Counted from the stretch's first letter, positions 8,722 to 20,033 are shown. The stretch is DNA of 53,584 bases from Elusimicrobiota bacterium (GCA_043813605.1 JBDRKX010000130.1:1-53584), one strand, 5' to 3'. Numbers and translations: made by a program. The notes: generated by a model from the sequence alone, not told the origin.

Positions 8722-9410
8722 TAGCAAGTTTTGATTATGCGCTGAAAGGGCTTGTCTATGCCATAAAAACAGAAAGGAACATGAGAATTCATGTTATTAT
8801 CGGTATTCTGGTGCTGATGGCCGCAATGTTCCTTAACCTTACGCGCATGGAGTTGATAGCCGTAATATTTGCCATCGCCCTTGTATTCATAACAGAACTG
8901 CTTAACACGGCGGCTGAACTTATGGTGAATCTTATAACAGAGCAGCATCATCCGCAGGCCAAAATAATCAAGGATATGACAGCGGGGACAGTGCTGTTCT
9001 CATCTATTTGTGCCGCTGTTGTCGGGTATATCATTTTTATGAAAGCCGATATTCTGGATGTATTCGAAAAATCGTTTGTGCTCAGAAAAATATCGGTATT
9101 TCCGCCTTACTTTTCAGCGGCGGTCGTATTCCTCGTGCTTTTTTCCACACTGCTTATAAAAGGCCTTAAGCAGAAAGTCCCGTCGTTTGAAGGAGGTATG
9201 CCCAGTATACATACGGCAATAGCTTTTTCGCTGGCAATACTGATATACTTCCTGTCTTCCAGTTTTTATGCATTGCTATTATCGGTATTTCTGGCTCTGA
9301 TGGTGGCTCAATCCCGGCTGGAGAGCAGGATACACAGTTTATGGGAAGTCGTTGTCGGCGCACTGCTTGGAGTTGCCGTTACAGTGCTTGTGTTTCAGGT
9401 GATAATGTAA
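8652..9410 (+). CDS. dgkA: Diacylglycerol/undecaprenol kinase fused to PAP2 phosphatase (start may be 8679)
   Basis: SFDYALKG...ERNMRIH...ELLNTAAE...KD (DgkA), followed by GGMPSIH...SRL...IH (PAP2). Confidence 0.85.
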   Translation: MAGGRRNKGMPGEDKKPGSSSHIVASFDYALKGLVYAIKTERNMRIHVIIGILVLMAAMFLNLTRMELIAVIFAIALVFITELLNTAAELMVNLITEQHHPQAKIIKDMTAGTVLFSSICAAVVGYIIFMKADILDVFEKSFVLRKISVFPPYFSAAVVFLVLFSTLLIKGLKQKVPSFEGGMPSIHTAIAFSLAILIYFLSSSFYALLLSVFLALMVAQSRLESRIHSLWEVVVGALLGVAVTVLVFQVIM

Positions 9411-10403
9411 ATGATATACGTCGTACTGATCGTGCTGCTTGTTTTTTCGGCTTTTTTCTCTTCTCTGGAAACGGGGCTCCTTGCCTTGGGCGAAGTCAGG
9501 ATAAGCAAGTGGTCGGAAAATAAGATAAAACCCCTGAAAATATGGATAAAAGAACCTGCAGGGGTGATAACCGGCATACTGATAGGCAATAATTTTGTGA
9601 ATATAGTATTTTCAAGTATTTTCACAGTACTTCTGGCAGATCATGTGAGAAGGACAGGGTCTTCCGTTTCCTGGATAGAGATCGTTTCGATAATCTGTTC
9701 ATCAGCTATCATACTGGTCTTTGGTGAGATAGTGCCAAAGATCTTTGCCATTACTCATCCGGATAGAGTCGTGGCGGCATTATACGGGCCTTTTGTTAAA
9801 TTTTATTCAGTTTCAAAAGTGTTGATCAGATTATTGAACAATATCTCTTTTTCTCTCACAAGGGTTATGAAGTCTAAGAAAGAAAAAAATGTATCCAGAA
9901 AAGAAGTGCAGGTTGCGCTGGGAGAACTTGTTTCTGAAGGTATGCTCGAAAGGGATTCGTCAAGGATGCTGGAGCGTGTACTTTTTCTCAGTAAAAAGAC
10001 AGCCGGCGAGGTTATGGTGTCCAGAGATGACATCTTTTCCGTCGATCTCGAATGGGACTACAGCAGGATAGTGAAAAAATTGATTGAATCTCCTTATTCA
10101 AGGATACCGGCCTATAGTGAAGATATAGATGAACTGAAGGGTATTATATATTTAAAAGATGTTATAGGTGCGCTTGTGCGGAACCACCGCGTTGATTTCA
10201 GGGAGATAATGCGCCAGCCGCATGTGACTTACCCCGGAAGGAACTGCCATCATCTCTTCCACAAGATGAGAAGCAGCAGAATGCATTGTTCGGTAGTAAA
10301 ATCGCGCGGCAGGGTTATGGGTATAATAACCATAGAGGACATAATAGAAGAAGTTGTAGGGGAAATATATGATGAGTATGATAATAGGATTGATACTGTA
10401 TAG
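9411..10403 (+). CDS. CNNM (DUF21)-CBS domain protein, hemolysin/CorB family, lacking the C-terminal CorC domain
   Basis: FSAFFSSLET, ILIGNN, FGEIVPK, YSRIP, TIEDIIEEVVGEIYDEYD. Confidence 0.88.
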   Translation: MIYVVLIVLLVFSAFFSSLETGLLALGEVRISKWSENKIKPLKIWIKEPAGVITGILIGNNFVNIVFSSIFTVLLADHVRRTGSSVSWIEIVSIICSSAIILVFGEIVPKIFAITHPDRVVAALYGPFVKFYSVSKVLIRLLNNISFSLTRVMKSKKEKNVSRKEVQVALGELVSEGMLERDSSRMLERVLFLSKKTAGEVMVSRDDIFSVDLEWDYSRIVKKLIESPYSRIPAYSEDIDELKGIIYLKDVIGALVRNHRVDFREIMRQPHVTYPGRNCHHLFHKMRSSRMHCSVVKSRGRVMGIITIEDIIEEVVGEIYDEYDNRIDTV

Positions 10404-11640
10404 ACTGCTTGTTATTGTTTTTCTGCTGCTGTTGACCGTGTTTTTTACAGCATCGGAAACATCGCTTACCGTATTGAGGCGCTCGCAGATAAAGAGGCTT
10501 ATTAAAGATAAGGGACTTGCACAGCTCAATACCTGGCTGAAGGACCCGAACAGGCTCCTTACTACCATGCTTATAGGTACCGCTGTTTGTGTGGTGGGTA
10601 TCTCGGTTATGGGCGCGACTATTGCGCTTGATATAAGCAGAAAGTTCAATGTGCCGGAGCTAATTGCCATAGGCGTGAGTACGGCATTGGTAATAATAAT
10701 AGTGCTTGTTTTCGGGGAAATAGTGCCCAAGGCTTTTGCAAGAAGAAATGCTGAAAAGGTTTCTGCGAGTATTATCGGCCCTCTCAGAGCCGTAAACCTT
10801 GTGTTCACGCCTCTTGTCATGGTCTTCACTTTTATAACAGATGCCATACTCAGGATTTTTGGCGGAAAACCCCTGAAGGAACAGCCGCTGTTTAATTTTG
10901 AGGAACTCAAAGGATTAATAGAAATGGGAGTTCGGGAAGGTGTAATAGCTAAAACGGAGAAAAAGATGCTGTCACAGATAATGGAATTCGAGGATACAGT
11001 CGTGCGGGAGATAATGGTTCCTCGTATAGACGTTAAAGCCCTTAATATCAGACAGGATAAAAAAGAACTTCTCAGTAAGGCTATCGAGTTCAGGCATTCC
11101 CGTATCCCGGTATACCGGGACAGCATAGATGATATTATGGGAATACTTTACGTAAAGGATCTTCTGCCTGCGCTTATGAATGAAAAAGATATCAATATTG
11201 AAAAAATACTCCGGAAACCATATTTCGTACCTGAGACCAAAAGGATAAATGATCTGCTGCGCGAATTCAGGCAGGGCAGGGAACATATAGCGGTGGTTGT
11301 GGATGAATACGGCGATTCGACAGGTCTTGTTACGATCGAGGATGTTGTAGAAGAGATAACAGGTGAGATACTTGACGAATACGACGTTAAGAAAAATACG
11401 ATCGTCAAAATAGAAGAGGGAAAATGGCAGATAAACGCCGCCGAAGATCTCGACAAGATAAACGATGAGCTTGAACTTGAATTTCCGGAAGATGAATATG
11501 ATTCGCTCGGGGGGCTCATAGTAGGGGAATTCGGCAGAGTACCGAAGATCGGCGAGGTGCTTGATTATAAGGGATATAAACTGGTAATTCACAAAGCTAC
11601 TCCGAACAGAGTGGTGAAAGTACGTCTTGAAAAACGTTAA
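10369..11640 (+). CDS. CNNM-CBS-CorC protein, hemolysin/CorB family (start may be 10378)
   Basis: FFTASET, FGEIVPK, VREIMVPR, HSRIPVY, VVDEYG, TIEDVVEEITGEI, CorC tail YDSLGG. Confidence 0.92.
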   Translation: MMSMIIGLILYRLLVIVFLLLLTVFFTASETSLTVLRRSQIKRLIKDKGLAQLNTWLKDPNRLLTTMLIGTAVCVVGISVMGATIALDISRKFNVPELIAIGVSTALVIIIVLVFGEIVPKAFARRNAEKVSASIIGPLRAVNLVFTPLVMVFTFITDAILRIFGGKPLKEQPLFNFEELKGLIEMGVREGVIAKTEKKMLSQIMEFEDTVVREIMVPRIDVKALNIRQDKKELLSKAIEFRHSRIPVYRDSIDDIMGILYVKDLLPALMNEKDINIEKILRKPYFVPETKRINDLLREFRQGREHIAVVVDEYGDSTGLVTIEDVVEEITGEILDEYDVKKNTIVKIEEGKWQINAAEDLDKINDELELEFPEDEYDSLGGLIVGEFGRVPKIGEVLDYKGYKLVIHKATPNRVVKVRLEKR

Positions 11641-11744
11641 ACATACTTTTTCCGCATGAAATGATACTTTAAAGCAGTATTCCTGCCAGCTAAAACGCTG
11701 CCGGAAATGGCAATATCACAGGTGAACCCGCCGTATCTGTCTCA

Positions 11745-11773
11745 TTGATATAAAACATAGGATATGATATATT
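11745..11773 (+). promoter_or_regulatory. Sigma70-type promoter immediately upstream of mgtE
   Basis: TTGATA, 17 bp spacer, TATATT with extended TG. It ends 7 nt before the ATG. Confidence 0.5.
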
Positions 11774-11780
11774 AAATGCT

Positions 11781-13142
11781 ATGAAAAACACTTCTGACCA
11801 GATTCTGCATATCAAAAACATCATCAAGGAAATGAAGATGAACGAACTTCCGCCGATGATGGAAAGTTTCCCCGCAGTGGATATAGTCGATTTATGGAAA
11901 GAGTTTTCTTCCGATGAACGGTTGATCCTGTTTAAAATACTTGATTTCGAAAAAAAACTGGAAGTATTTGAAAGACTGCCTTTTAAACAGCAAAAAGAAG
12001 TTATCGACTATGTGACTTCAAAACGGCTTGCGCCTATTCTCAATGAAATGGCGTCTGATGAAAGGGCTGATCTTTTTGAGCATCTTCCTGAAGAAGAAGT
12101 AGAGAAGCTCTTCTCCCTTATGAAGGAGAAAGAGGTCGAAGATGTAAAAGACCTGATGGAGTACGGGAAAACGACTGCCGGCGGTGTGATGGCAACGGAA
12201 TTCGTAGCTTTAAAGCCGGAGATGACTGCAAAAGAAGCCCTGATCAAATTACAGGAATCTGTTAAATCTAAGGAAGTAAGGAACATATACGCGCTTTACC
12301 ATGTCGATGAAGAGGGCAGGGTGATCGGCGGCCTGTCGCTTCAAAGACTCATATCTGCCCGGCCCGATGACAGGATCGCGGATATTGCCGGGGATGTGGA
12401 AAAATACATGGTTAACGCTAATATGGACCAGGAGGAAGTAGCGCGGATATTTACGCATTATGATCTTCTTTCCGCTCCCGTCATTGATGACGGCAATCAT
12501 CTGCTCGGTATAATAACAATAGATGATATTGTCGATGTTATCCATCAGGAGGCTACTGAGGATATGGCCAAGATGGCCGGAACCGAGAGCGAAGAACTGC
12601 TGAGTAAATCGGTATTTAAGATATTCAGGATACGCTGGCCCTGGCTTTTTGCTTCATGGCTGGGCGGACTTGTTACGATGACTATTATCGGAGCTTTTGA
12701 AAGTACTCTTATGTCGGCTGTCGCTATAGCTTCGTTTATGCCTGTCATAATGGGAATGGGTGGGAATGTCGGCGTGCAGTCTTCTACAATAGTAGTGAGG
12801 GGTCTTGCTCTGGGCAAGGTAGATTATAAAAAAATAGGTTATACGGTTTTCAAACAGATGCAGGTCGGTCTGATACTGGGCCTGAGCTATGGAATCCTGC
12901 TGGGTATTGTTGCGCGGTTCAAATATGCATCTGAAGCGAATATGGGTATGATCGGGTTCGTAGCCGGCGCCGGCATATGCCTGTCAATGACAATAGCCGC
13001 TACACTGGGTGCCTTTTTGCCGATATTATTCAAAAAACTCAATATCGACCCCGCCGTGGCGACCGGGCCTATGGTGACTACAGCTACTGACGTTATCAGC
13101 CTAAGTGTCTATTTCCTGCTTGCAACGGCAGTCCTGGTCTAA
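11781..13142 (+). CDS. mgtE: Magnesium transporter MgtE
   Basis: N domain, CBS pair (TAGGVM, GIITIDD), RWPWL, GMGGNVGVQ, DPAVATGPMVTTATD. Confidence 0.95.
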   Translation: MKNTSDQILHIKNIIKEMKMNELPPMMESFPAVDIVDLWKEFSSDERLILFKILDFEKKLEVFERLPFKQQKEVIDYVTSKRLAPILNEMASDERADLFEHLPEEEVEKLFSLMKEKEVEDVKDLMEYGKTTAGGVMATEFVALKPEMTAKEALIKLQESVKSKEVRNIYALYHVDEEGRVIGGLSLQRLISARPDDRIADIAGDVEKYMVNANMDQEEVARIFTHYDLLSAPVIDDGNHLLGIITIDDIVDVIHQEATEDMAKMAGTESEELLSKSVFKIFRIRWPWLFASWLGGLVTMTIIGAFESTLMSAVAIASFMPVIMGMGGNVGVQSSTIVVRGLALGKVDYKKIGYTVFKQMQVGLILGLSYGILLGIVARFKYASEANMGMIGFVAGAGICLSMTIAATLGAFLPILFKKLNIDPAVATGPMVTTATDVISLSVYFLLATAVLV

Positions 13143-13936
13143 TGTACACAATTAAAACAGAAGGGATCGTTATCAGAAGCTATGATTACGGTGAAGGCCA
13201 CCGTATTGTCGTGATTTTTAGTGAAGATAAAGGGAAACTCCGCGCAGTGGCCAGGGGCTCAAGGAAGACCAAATCAAAATTCGGCGCGTCACTTGAACCG
13301 CTTTCCGAAAACCAGTTTATGCTTCATCGCAAACCGAATGCAGAACTATATACTGTAACAGGCTGCAACGTGCTTAATCCTCATGCGCGCATAAGGGGCA
13401 ATATGTCCAGCTTTGCATACGCGTCTCTTGTGTCTGAAGGTGTCGACCTCTTGTGTGTTGATGAAGATCCGGATCAAGTGATCTACAGGTTTTTCAGTGA
13501 AGTGCTGGATGATATCGAGAGTTGCGAACCGGCCTCATCAGCATGGCTGTTCTTTTTCAGGTTGCTGAAGTGCGCCGGATACAGATTGGATCTTTTTAAA
13601 TGCTGTCAGTGCGGGAATAAAGAGCTTGACGAAATGGTGTTCTCTTCTCCTTCCGGAGGGATACTTTGTGCCGATTGCAGATCTGATGCGAAAGACAGGA
13701 TATCAGTATCAGAAGAAACACTTAAATCTGTAAGGATGCTTTCACCGCATTACCCTCTTGCGGCTGCGGCCGAGAAGCAGATTAGCCTTATTGTGGAAAA
13801 ATTTATAAAATACCAGTTTGAAAAGGAGCTGAGATCACTGGGATTTCTAGAGCTTTTTAGGACAACCGGGATAGCTCGGAAAGTAAAAGAAAGAGGTAAT
13901 ACCCCGCCTGAACTTATAGCTCTTGGACAGGAGTAG
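13142..13936 (+). CDS. recO: DNA repair protein RecO
   Basis: [22 protein letters not shown], Zn finger CCQCG...CADC, located before glyQ. Confidence 0.92.
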   Translation: MYTIKTEGIVIRSYDYGEGHRIVVIFSEDKGKLRAVARGSRKTKSKFGASLEPLSENQFMLHRKPNAELYTVTGCNVLNPHARIRGNMSSFAYASLVSEGVDLLCVDEDPDQVIYRFFSEVLDDIESCEPASSAWLFFFRLLKCAGYRLDLFKCCQCGNKELDEMVFSSPSGGILCADCRSDAKDRISVSEETLKSVRMLSPHYPLAAAAEKQISLIVEKFIKYQFEKELRSLGFLELFRTTGIARKVKERGNTPPELIALGQE

Positions 13937-13937
13937 T

Positions 13938-14807
13938 ATGTTTTTTCAAGACCTGATAGCCAGATTAAATTCTTTTTGGGGAGAGCACGGCTGTATTATA
14001 ACACAGCCTTACGATATAGAAAAAGGCGCAGGGACTTTCAATCCTGCTACTTTTCTTTATTGTCTTAAGCGGCGGCCTGTTTCTGTCGCATATGTTGAGC
14101 CGTCACGGCGTCCTGCGGACGGGAGATACGGAGATAATCCTAACCGGCTGCAGCATTATTATCAATACCAGGTCATCATTAAACCGGCCCCCGATGATGT
14201 ACAGAACCTTTACCGGGCCAGTTTGAGAAGTCTGAGTATTGATCTTAAGAAACATGATCTGCGGCTTGTTAAAGATGACTGGAAATCTCCCACCCTCGGG
14301 GCGTGGGGTCTCGGATGGGAGGTGTGGCTCGACGGGATGGAGATCACGCAGTTCACTTATTTCCAGCAGATAGGCGGTATTGACCTGGACGAGATCCCGG
14401 TTGAACTCACGTACGGACTTGAAAGAATAGCCATGTTCCTGCAGGGTGTCGATAATGTGTACGATATTAAATGGAACCAGGATTTTACATACGGTGATAT
14501 ACATCTTGAAGACGAGAAACAGTTCTCGGCATACAACTTCGAAGAGGTTGATTCGGATTTTCAGAAGATGCTTTTTAAAAAATACGAAGAAAGATGTTAT
14601 GCCCTGCTCGAAAAAAAACTGGTACGGCCGGCGTATGATTTTGTTATGAAAGCGTCCCATAGTTTTAACCTGCTGGATGCCAGGGGGGCGATCAGTGTTA
14701 CCGAAAGGAACCGGTATATAGAAAGGGTCAGGAAAATGGCCGGAAGTGTTGCCGTGGAGTTTATAGGGCAGGAAGCAGGCATGTCCGACGAAGGGGGAAA
14801 ACAATGA
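13938..14807 (+). CDS. glyQ: Glycine--tRNA ligase alpha subunit
   Basis: [51 protein letters not shown] at 13938 with AGGAG upstream. Confidence 0.97.
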   Translation: MFFQDLIARLNSFWGEHGCIITQPYDIEKGAGTFNPATFLYCLKRRPVSVAYVEPSRRPADGRYGDNPNRLQHYYQYQVIIKPAPDDVQNLYRASLRSLSIDLKKHDLRLVKDDWKSPTLGAWGLGWEVWLDGMEITQFTYFQQIGGIDLDEIPVELTYGLERIAMFLQGVDNVYDIKWNQDFTYGDIHLEDEKQFSAYNFEEVDSDFQKMLFKKYEERCYALLEKKLVRPAYDFVMKASHSFNLLDARGAISVTERNRYIERVRKMAGSVAVEFIGQEAGMSDEGGKQ

Positions 14808-16897
14808 AGACCGCGCCGTTTTTGATAGAGGTCGGCTGCGAGGACCTTCCGCCCGAGATGATATGCACAATAGAAGAACAGGCCGCCGATAACTTATCAA
14901 AGATTCTCCGGAACAGAAGAATCAGTTGTAAAGGATTGAAAGCACTTGTGTCACACAGGAGGATAGCAGTAAAAATAGATGAAACGGCATCGCATCAGGA
15001 AACTGTTATAGAAAAAGTAAAAGGCCCGCCTGTCGCTGTCGCTTTCAAAGATGGTAAACCGACTCCTGCAGGGCTCGGTTTTGCAAAGAAACTTGGTGCA
15101 AATTTTTCGGACCTTCAGATAGAAGAGACTCCCAGGGGAAAATACTATTATTGTCAAAAGAATTCCCCCGGCAAGCCGTTAAAGGAATTGATTGAAGATA
15201 TAACAATTGAATTTCTTTCAAGTTTCAGTTTTTCCATTACAATGAGGTGGCCAGGGGGGGGTCTCTGTTTTCCGCGTCCGATAAGATGGATCCTGGTAAA
15301 ATACGGGAAGAGCAGTTTTGATTTCAGTCTGGGAGCGCTGAAAAGTTCGAAAACGTCCAGGGGGCATCGTGTTTTTTCCAATAAATGCCTGGCCATTGAA
15401 GATATCAAAGACTATGAGAAGGTTTTGAAACAGAATTATGTTCTTGTAGATGCTTCCGAACGAAAGAAATATCTGAAAAAAGCGATAGACAGGCCGCTCA
15501 GCCATTCGGCGGGAAGTGCGATAAAGGACGAATTCCTGCTTGAGGAAGTAAGCAGTTCGCTGGAGTTCCCTACGGGTATAAAGGGGGAATTCCCGGCAAA
15601 ATACCTGGATATGCCGAGAGAAGTAATAGAGGCCTGCCTTATGTATCACCAGAAATACTTTCCTGTAGAGAGTGATGATGGCGACCTGATGAATTGTTTC
15701 GTCGGGGTAAGAGATGGCATATCGGAACATATTGATCCGATAAGGAGGGGTTATGAGAGGGTTTTGATAGCCAGGCTTGAAGATGCGGAATTTTTCCTTA
15801 AACAGGACAGGCAGCATCCGCTCGAATATTATTCCAAACAGCTTGCAGGTATAGAATTTACGCGCGGACTGGGCACACTGGCGGATAAGACCATGAGGTG
15901 CAAAGCTCTTGCTTCCTTCGTAGCGAAGATACTCAAGAAAGATAATAACTATATCAGTACTGTCCGGCGCATAGCGGATCTGGGAAAAGCAGATCTGGTT
16001 ACGCATATGGTGGGCGAGTTCCCGGAACTGGAGGGTAAAATAGGCAGGATATATGCCGCTATGGACGGTGAGAGTAAAAAGGTCAGCGAAGGAATATATC
16101 AGCATTATATGCCGAGGACATTTGAAGATAAGGTGCCCGGATCAGGCGAGGCTGCGATCGTCGGGGTAGCCGACAGGGTAGATACGTTGGTCGGCAATTA
16201 CGGCGCGGGAGTAGAAGCAACCGGGTCGCAGGACCCCTTTGGGATGAGACGGGCATGCAGGGGGCTCATAAGGATCATGGTGGAGAAGAAGTGGGATCTT
16301 GATCTGAAAAATATTGTATTTCAATGCCGCAGGGAATACGGTTCAAAGACAAAGATAGATTTTACCGATGAGACCATGGTAAAACTGGAGGAATTTCTGG
16401 GACTGCAGATAAAAAATTATCTTGAAGAGAGTTTTCCGCATGATATCGCCAGGTGTGTCATGGCGTCGGGCAGGCTTAATCCCTATACGTTGTCAGCAAG
16501 AGCCTCCGCTGTAGAGAAAATAAAAAAAAGCAAGGGTTTCGATTCTCTGATAACGGCGTTTCGGCGGATCAATAACATAATAAAACAGGCGGAAGAGAAT
16601 GGCGTCGACATTCCTCCGACATATGAGGAGGCTATGCTGGAGGAAGGATCAGAGCAGGATCTGAATTCTATTTTTTCCCGTGTCAAAAAAGATGCATATA
16701 GAAAAATCTCTGCTCATGAGTATGCTGCAGTACTAAAACTCCTGGCTTCAATGCGCGCGGCTGTTGATATGTTCTTTAATGATGTGCTGGTTATGGATCC
16801 CGACAAGGGAATTATGAAAAACAGGTTAGCCATGCTCAGAGCCATAGTCGAACTGTTTGCTCCAGTGGGGGATATATCAAAACTGGAGACAAAATAG
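14804..16897 (+). CDS. glyS: Glycine--tRNA ligase beta subunit
   Basis: [62 protein letters not shown] tail. Confidence 0.95.
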   Translation: MKTAPFLIEVGCEDLPPEMICTIEEQAADNLSKILRNRRISCKGLKALVSHRRIAVKIDETASHQETVIEKVKGPPVAVAFKDGKPTPAGLGFAKKLGANFSDLQIEETPRGKYYYCQKNSPGKPLKELIEDITIEFLSSFSFSITMRWPGGGLCFPRPIRWILVKYGKSSFDFSLGALKSSKTSRGHRVFSNKCLAIEDIKDYEKVLKQNYVLVDASERKKYLKKAIDRPLSHSAGSAIKDEFLLEEVSSSLEFPTGIKGEFPAKYLDMPREVIEACLMYHQKYFPVESDDGDLMNCFVGVRDGISEHIDPIRRGYERVLIARLEDAEFFLKQDRQHPLEYYSKQLAGIEFTRGLGTLADKTMRCKALASFVAKILKKDNNYISTVRRIADLGKADLVTHMVGEFPELEGKIGRIYAAMDGESKKVSEGIYQHYMPRTFEDKVPGSGEAAIVGVADRVDTLVGNYGAGVEATGSQDPFGMRRACRGLIRIMVEKKWDLDLKNIVFQCRREYGSKTKIDFTDETMVKLEEFLGLQIKNYLEESFPHDIARCVMASGRLNPYTLSARASAVEKIKKSKGFDSLITAFRRINNIIKQAEENGVDIPPTYEEAMLEEGSEQDLNSIFSRVKKDAYRKISAHEYAAVLKLLASMRAAVDMFFNDVLVMDPDKGIMKNRLAMLRAIVELFAPVGDISKLETK

Positions 16898-16898
16898 T

Positions 16899-17171
16899 GT
16901 GCTCGAAGTAGCGGTAAAAGTCCAGCCGTCATCGTCAAAAAAGCGAATAACAGTGACAGGGGAAGGGATTGTTAAAGTATATCTCTGCTCAGCGCCTGAA
17001 AATAATAAGGCGAACAAAGAACTCATTAAATATCTTGCTGGAGAACTGGGAGTGACGAAATCCAATATCAGTATAACCAGGGGTTTGAAAAACAGGGCTA
17101 AAACGCTGCAAATTGCGGGTATAAGCGCCGAAGATTTTAAAAAAATGCTTTTTAGGCACACAGGTTTTTAG
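16899..17171 (+). CDS. DUF167/YggU family protein
   Basis: VKVQPSS...APENNKANKELIKYLA...ITRGLKNRAK. GTG start at 16899 with GGAG upstream. Confidence 0.85.
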   Translation: MLEVAVKVQPSSSKKRITVTGEGIVKVYLCSAPENNKANKELIKYLAGELGVTKSNISITRGLKNRAKTLQIAGISAEDFKKMLFRHTGF

Positions 17172-17297
17172 GTTTTCGGATGGCCGGTTGATTTGACAAA
17201 AGCCCTATAAATTAAGAAAATGTAAAACTTATTAAGGTATACATACATTCGGGTAACAATTGAAGTAACGGAAAAATCTATAGAATAGGAGTAAATT

Positions 17298-20033
17298 ATG
17301 GCAAAAGCAGTGAACAAGTATGTTTATTTTTTCAGTAAAGAGAAAACAGACGGTAATACTACGATGAAGGAGCTTCTTGGCGGCAAAGGGGCTAACCTGG
17401 CTGAAATGACAAATATAGGTATGCCTGTGCCTCCTGGATTCACGATAAGCACCAAAACTTGTGAGCACTTCTATAAATCCGGTAAAAAATGGCCGGCCGG
17501 TCTTGATAAGCAGGTCGATACCGCTATCAGGCATCTGGAAAAAGTAACAGGCAAGACATTCGGTGTTGGCAGTAATCCCCTGCTGGTATCGGTGCGATCC
17601 GGTGCTGCTGTCTCTATGCCTGGCATGATGGATACTGTCCTTAACCTGGGTTTGAATGAAAAGACACTTGAAGCCCTGATTAAGAAGACAGGAAACTCCA
17701 GGCTGGGTTGGGATTCGTACAGAAGGTTCATACAGATGTTCGGTGATGTGGTGATGGATGTCCCTCACCACGATTTTGAACATGCTCTGGAGAAGGTAAA
17801 AAAGAGTGTAAAAGCAAAATCTGATACCGATCTTACTGCCGATGACCTCAAGAAGGTAGTAGCCGAATATATGAAGGTCTACAAGAAAGCTACAAAACAG
17901 AATTTCCCTACAGAAGCCCGCCAGCAGTTGAGAAAGGCAGTAGATGCGGTTTTCGGTTCGTGGAATAATGCAAGGGCGATAAAATACAGGAAGATTAACA
18001 ATATCAGGGGGCTTATAGGAACAGCAGTTAATATACAGACAATGGTTTTCGGAAATATGGGGGATACCTCCGGTACCGGAGTATGCTTTACCAGAAATCC
18101 CTCTACCGGCGAGAATAAATTCTATGGCGAGTATCTTATGAATGCGCAGGGAGAGGATGTTGTTGCCGGTATAAGGACCCCTTTGCCCATAAACACGCTG
18201 GCTAAAAAGATGCCTCAGGCATATAAAGAGCTGCTTGCTATAAGGAAAAAACTTGAGAAACACTATACGGATATGCAGGACTTGGAATTTACAATAGAAG
18301 AGAAGAAACTGTATATACTTCAGACCAGGACAGGAAAGCGTACTGCCCAGGCCGGTGTGAAAATGGCAGTGGATATGGTCGCGGAAAGGCTTATAAATAA
18401 GAAAACTGCAGTTTTAAGAGTAAAGCCGGAAGATCTTGACCAGTTACTGCATCCCACATTCGATCCGAAATCGGAAAAGGCGGTTAAGATAGTGGCTTCA
18501 GGGCTTCCGGCGTCACCCGGTGCTGCAACAGGACAGGTGGTCTTTTCGGCTGATGAAGCGGAAAAATGGGCGAAAGACGGGAAAAGCGTCATACTCTGCC
18601 GTATAGAAACCAGCCCGGAAGATATCGGCGGCATGGATGCTGCCCAGGGCATTCTGACTGCGCGCGGCGGTATGACATCTCATGCGGCTGTTGTGGCAAG
18701 GGGGATGGGTAAATGCTGTGTGGCCGGAGCTGGCGACATATCAATGGATTATAAGAAGAAGCGGTTTAAGGTAAAAGATACTGTAATTAAAGAAGGCGAT
18801 TGGATAAGTCTTAACGGGTCTCTGGGTAATGTGTACCCGGGAAAGATAAAGACGGTCGAACCTACGCTGTCAGGTGATTTCGGTACACTCATGAAATATG
18901 CGGACGAGTTCAGAACACTGGGCGTCAGGACAAATGCGGATACTCCTAAAGATACAGCAGTTGCCGTCAAATTCGGCGCTGAAGGCATCGGCTTGACAAG
19001 GACAGAGCATATGTTTTTTGAAGGTAACCGCATAATAAGTTTCAGAAAGCTCATACTTGTTGCCGATACGGTAAAACTGCTCAAGGAGCAGCTTGCGGCG
19101 GCCTTAAATGTGTCAGAAAGAACCAAGATCAAGGCTGAGCTGCAGAAACCGCTCAAACAGTATAATCAGGCATTAAGTGAACTGCTTCCCCTTCAGAGAA
19201 AAGATTTTGAAGGTATATTCAAAGTATTAAAGGGTATGCCGTGTACGATAAGGCTGCTTGATCCGCCGTTGCATGAATTTCTGCCGCAGGATGCAAAAGG
19301 GCAGAAAGAGATGTCCGATATCATGGGAGTCAGTACTGCTGTCATCAAATCCAAGGTCGAACAGCTCCATGAGTTCAATCCCATGCTGGGCCATCGCGGC
19401 TGCCGTCTCGGACTGACTTATCCGGAAGTCTCTGCAATGCAGGTGCGTGCAATAATGGAAGCCGCGATCAACGTTAAAAAGAAGGGCATTCCGGTGCAGC
19501 CTGAGATAATGATACCGCTTGTAGGTACTGTGAGAGAACTCAGGGAAGCAAGGAAACAGGCAGAGGAAGTAATAACTCAGGTATTGAAAGAAAAGAAGGT
19601 AAAGAGGGGTTATGTCTCTTATATGATAGGAACCATGATAGAAGTTCCAAGGGCCGCTGTAACTTCGGATGAAGTGGCTGAGGAAGCCGAATTTTTCTCT
19701 TTCGGGACAAATGATCTGACCCAGATGGGCTGTGGATTTTCACGAGACGATGCCGGCAAGTTCCTCGGTGATTATGTTAAGATGGGCATTTATGATAGTG
19801 ACCCGTTCCAGGTACTTGACCAGGGTGGAATAGGCAAACTTCTTGAGATATCGTGTAAGCTAGGAAGGCATACTCGAAAGGATATAAAACTTGGCATATG
19901 CGGGGAACATGGCGGAGAGCCGGCTTCTGTGAAATTCTGTCACAGGATAGGATTGAACTATGTCTCATGCTCGCCGTACAGGGTGCCGATAGCCAGGCTT
20001 GCCGCGGCACAGGCATCACTCGAAAAAAAATAA
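17298..20033 (+). CDS. ppdK: Pyruvate, phosphate dikinase
   Basis: GGKGANLAEM, VSVRSGA..SMPGMMDT, GGMTSHAAVVARG (phospho-His), EFNPMLGHRGCR, FSFGTNDLTQ, GICGEHGG. Confidence 0.98.
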   Translation: MAKAVNKYVYFFSKEKTDGNTTMKELLGGKGANLAEMTNIGMPVPPGFTISTKTCEHFYKSGKKWPAGLDKQVDTAIRHLEKVTGKTFGVGSNPLLVSVRSGAAVSMPGMMDTVLNLGLNEKTLEALIKKTGNSRLGWDSYRRFIQMFGDVVMDVPHHDFEHALEKVKKSVKAKSDTDLTADDLKKVVAEYMKVYKKATKQNFPTEARQQLRKAVDAVFGSWNNARAIKYRKINNIRGLIGTAVNIQTMVFGNMGDTSGTGVCFTRNPSTGENKFYGEYLMNAQGEDVVAGIRTPLPINTLAKKMPQAYKELLAIRKKLEKHYTDMQDLEFTIEEKKLYILQTRTGKRTAQAGVKMAVDMVAERLINKKTAVLRVKPEDLDQLLHPTFDPKSEKAVKIVASGLPASPGAATGQVVFSADEAEKWAKDGKSVILCRIETSPEDIGGMDAAQGILTARGGMTSHAAVVARGMGKCCVAGAGDISMDYKKKRFKVKDTVIKEGDWISLNGSLGNVYPGKIKTVEPTLSGDFGTLMKYADEFRTLGVRTNADTPKDTAVAVKFGAEGIGLTRTEHMFFEGNRIISFRKLILVADTVKLLKEQLAAALNVSERTKIKAELQKPLKQYNQALSELLPLQRKDFEGIFKVLKGMPCTIRLLDPPLHEFLPQDAKGQKEMSDIMGVSTAVIKSKVEQLHEFNPMLGHRGCRLGLTYPEVSAMQVRAIMEAAINVKKKGIPVQPEIMIPLVGTVRELREARKQAEEVITQVLKEKKVKRGYVSYMIGTMIEVPRAAVTSDEVAEEAEFFSFGTNDLTQMGCGFSRDDAGKFLGDYVKMGIYDSDPFQVLDQGGIGKLLEISCKLGRHTRKDIKLGICGEHGGEPASVKFCHRIGLNYVSCSPYRVPIARLAAAQASLEKK

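Noticed and set aside
11641-11744. Possible M-box (Mg2+) riboswitch upstream of mgtE
   Set aside because: The region is short with only one imperfect hairpin and no recognisable M-box features. The best promoter lies downstream of it.
17232-18263. 343-aa antisense ORF, and similar long shadows (5192-6007, 10152-11126, 14103-14900, 15218-16105, 52093-52902)
   Set aside because: They lie opposite well-supported genes and show no recognisable motifs, as expected for codon-bias shadows.
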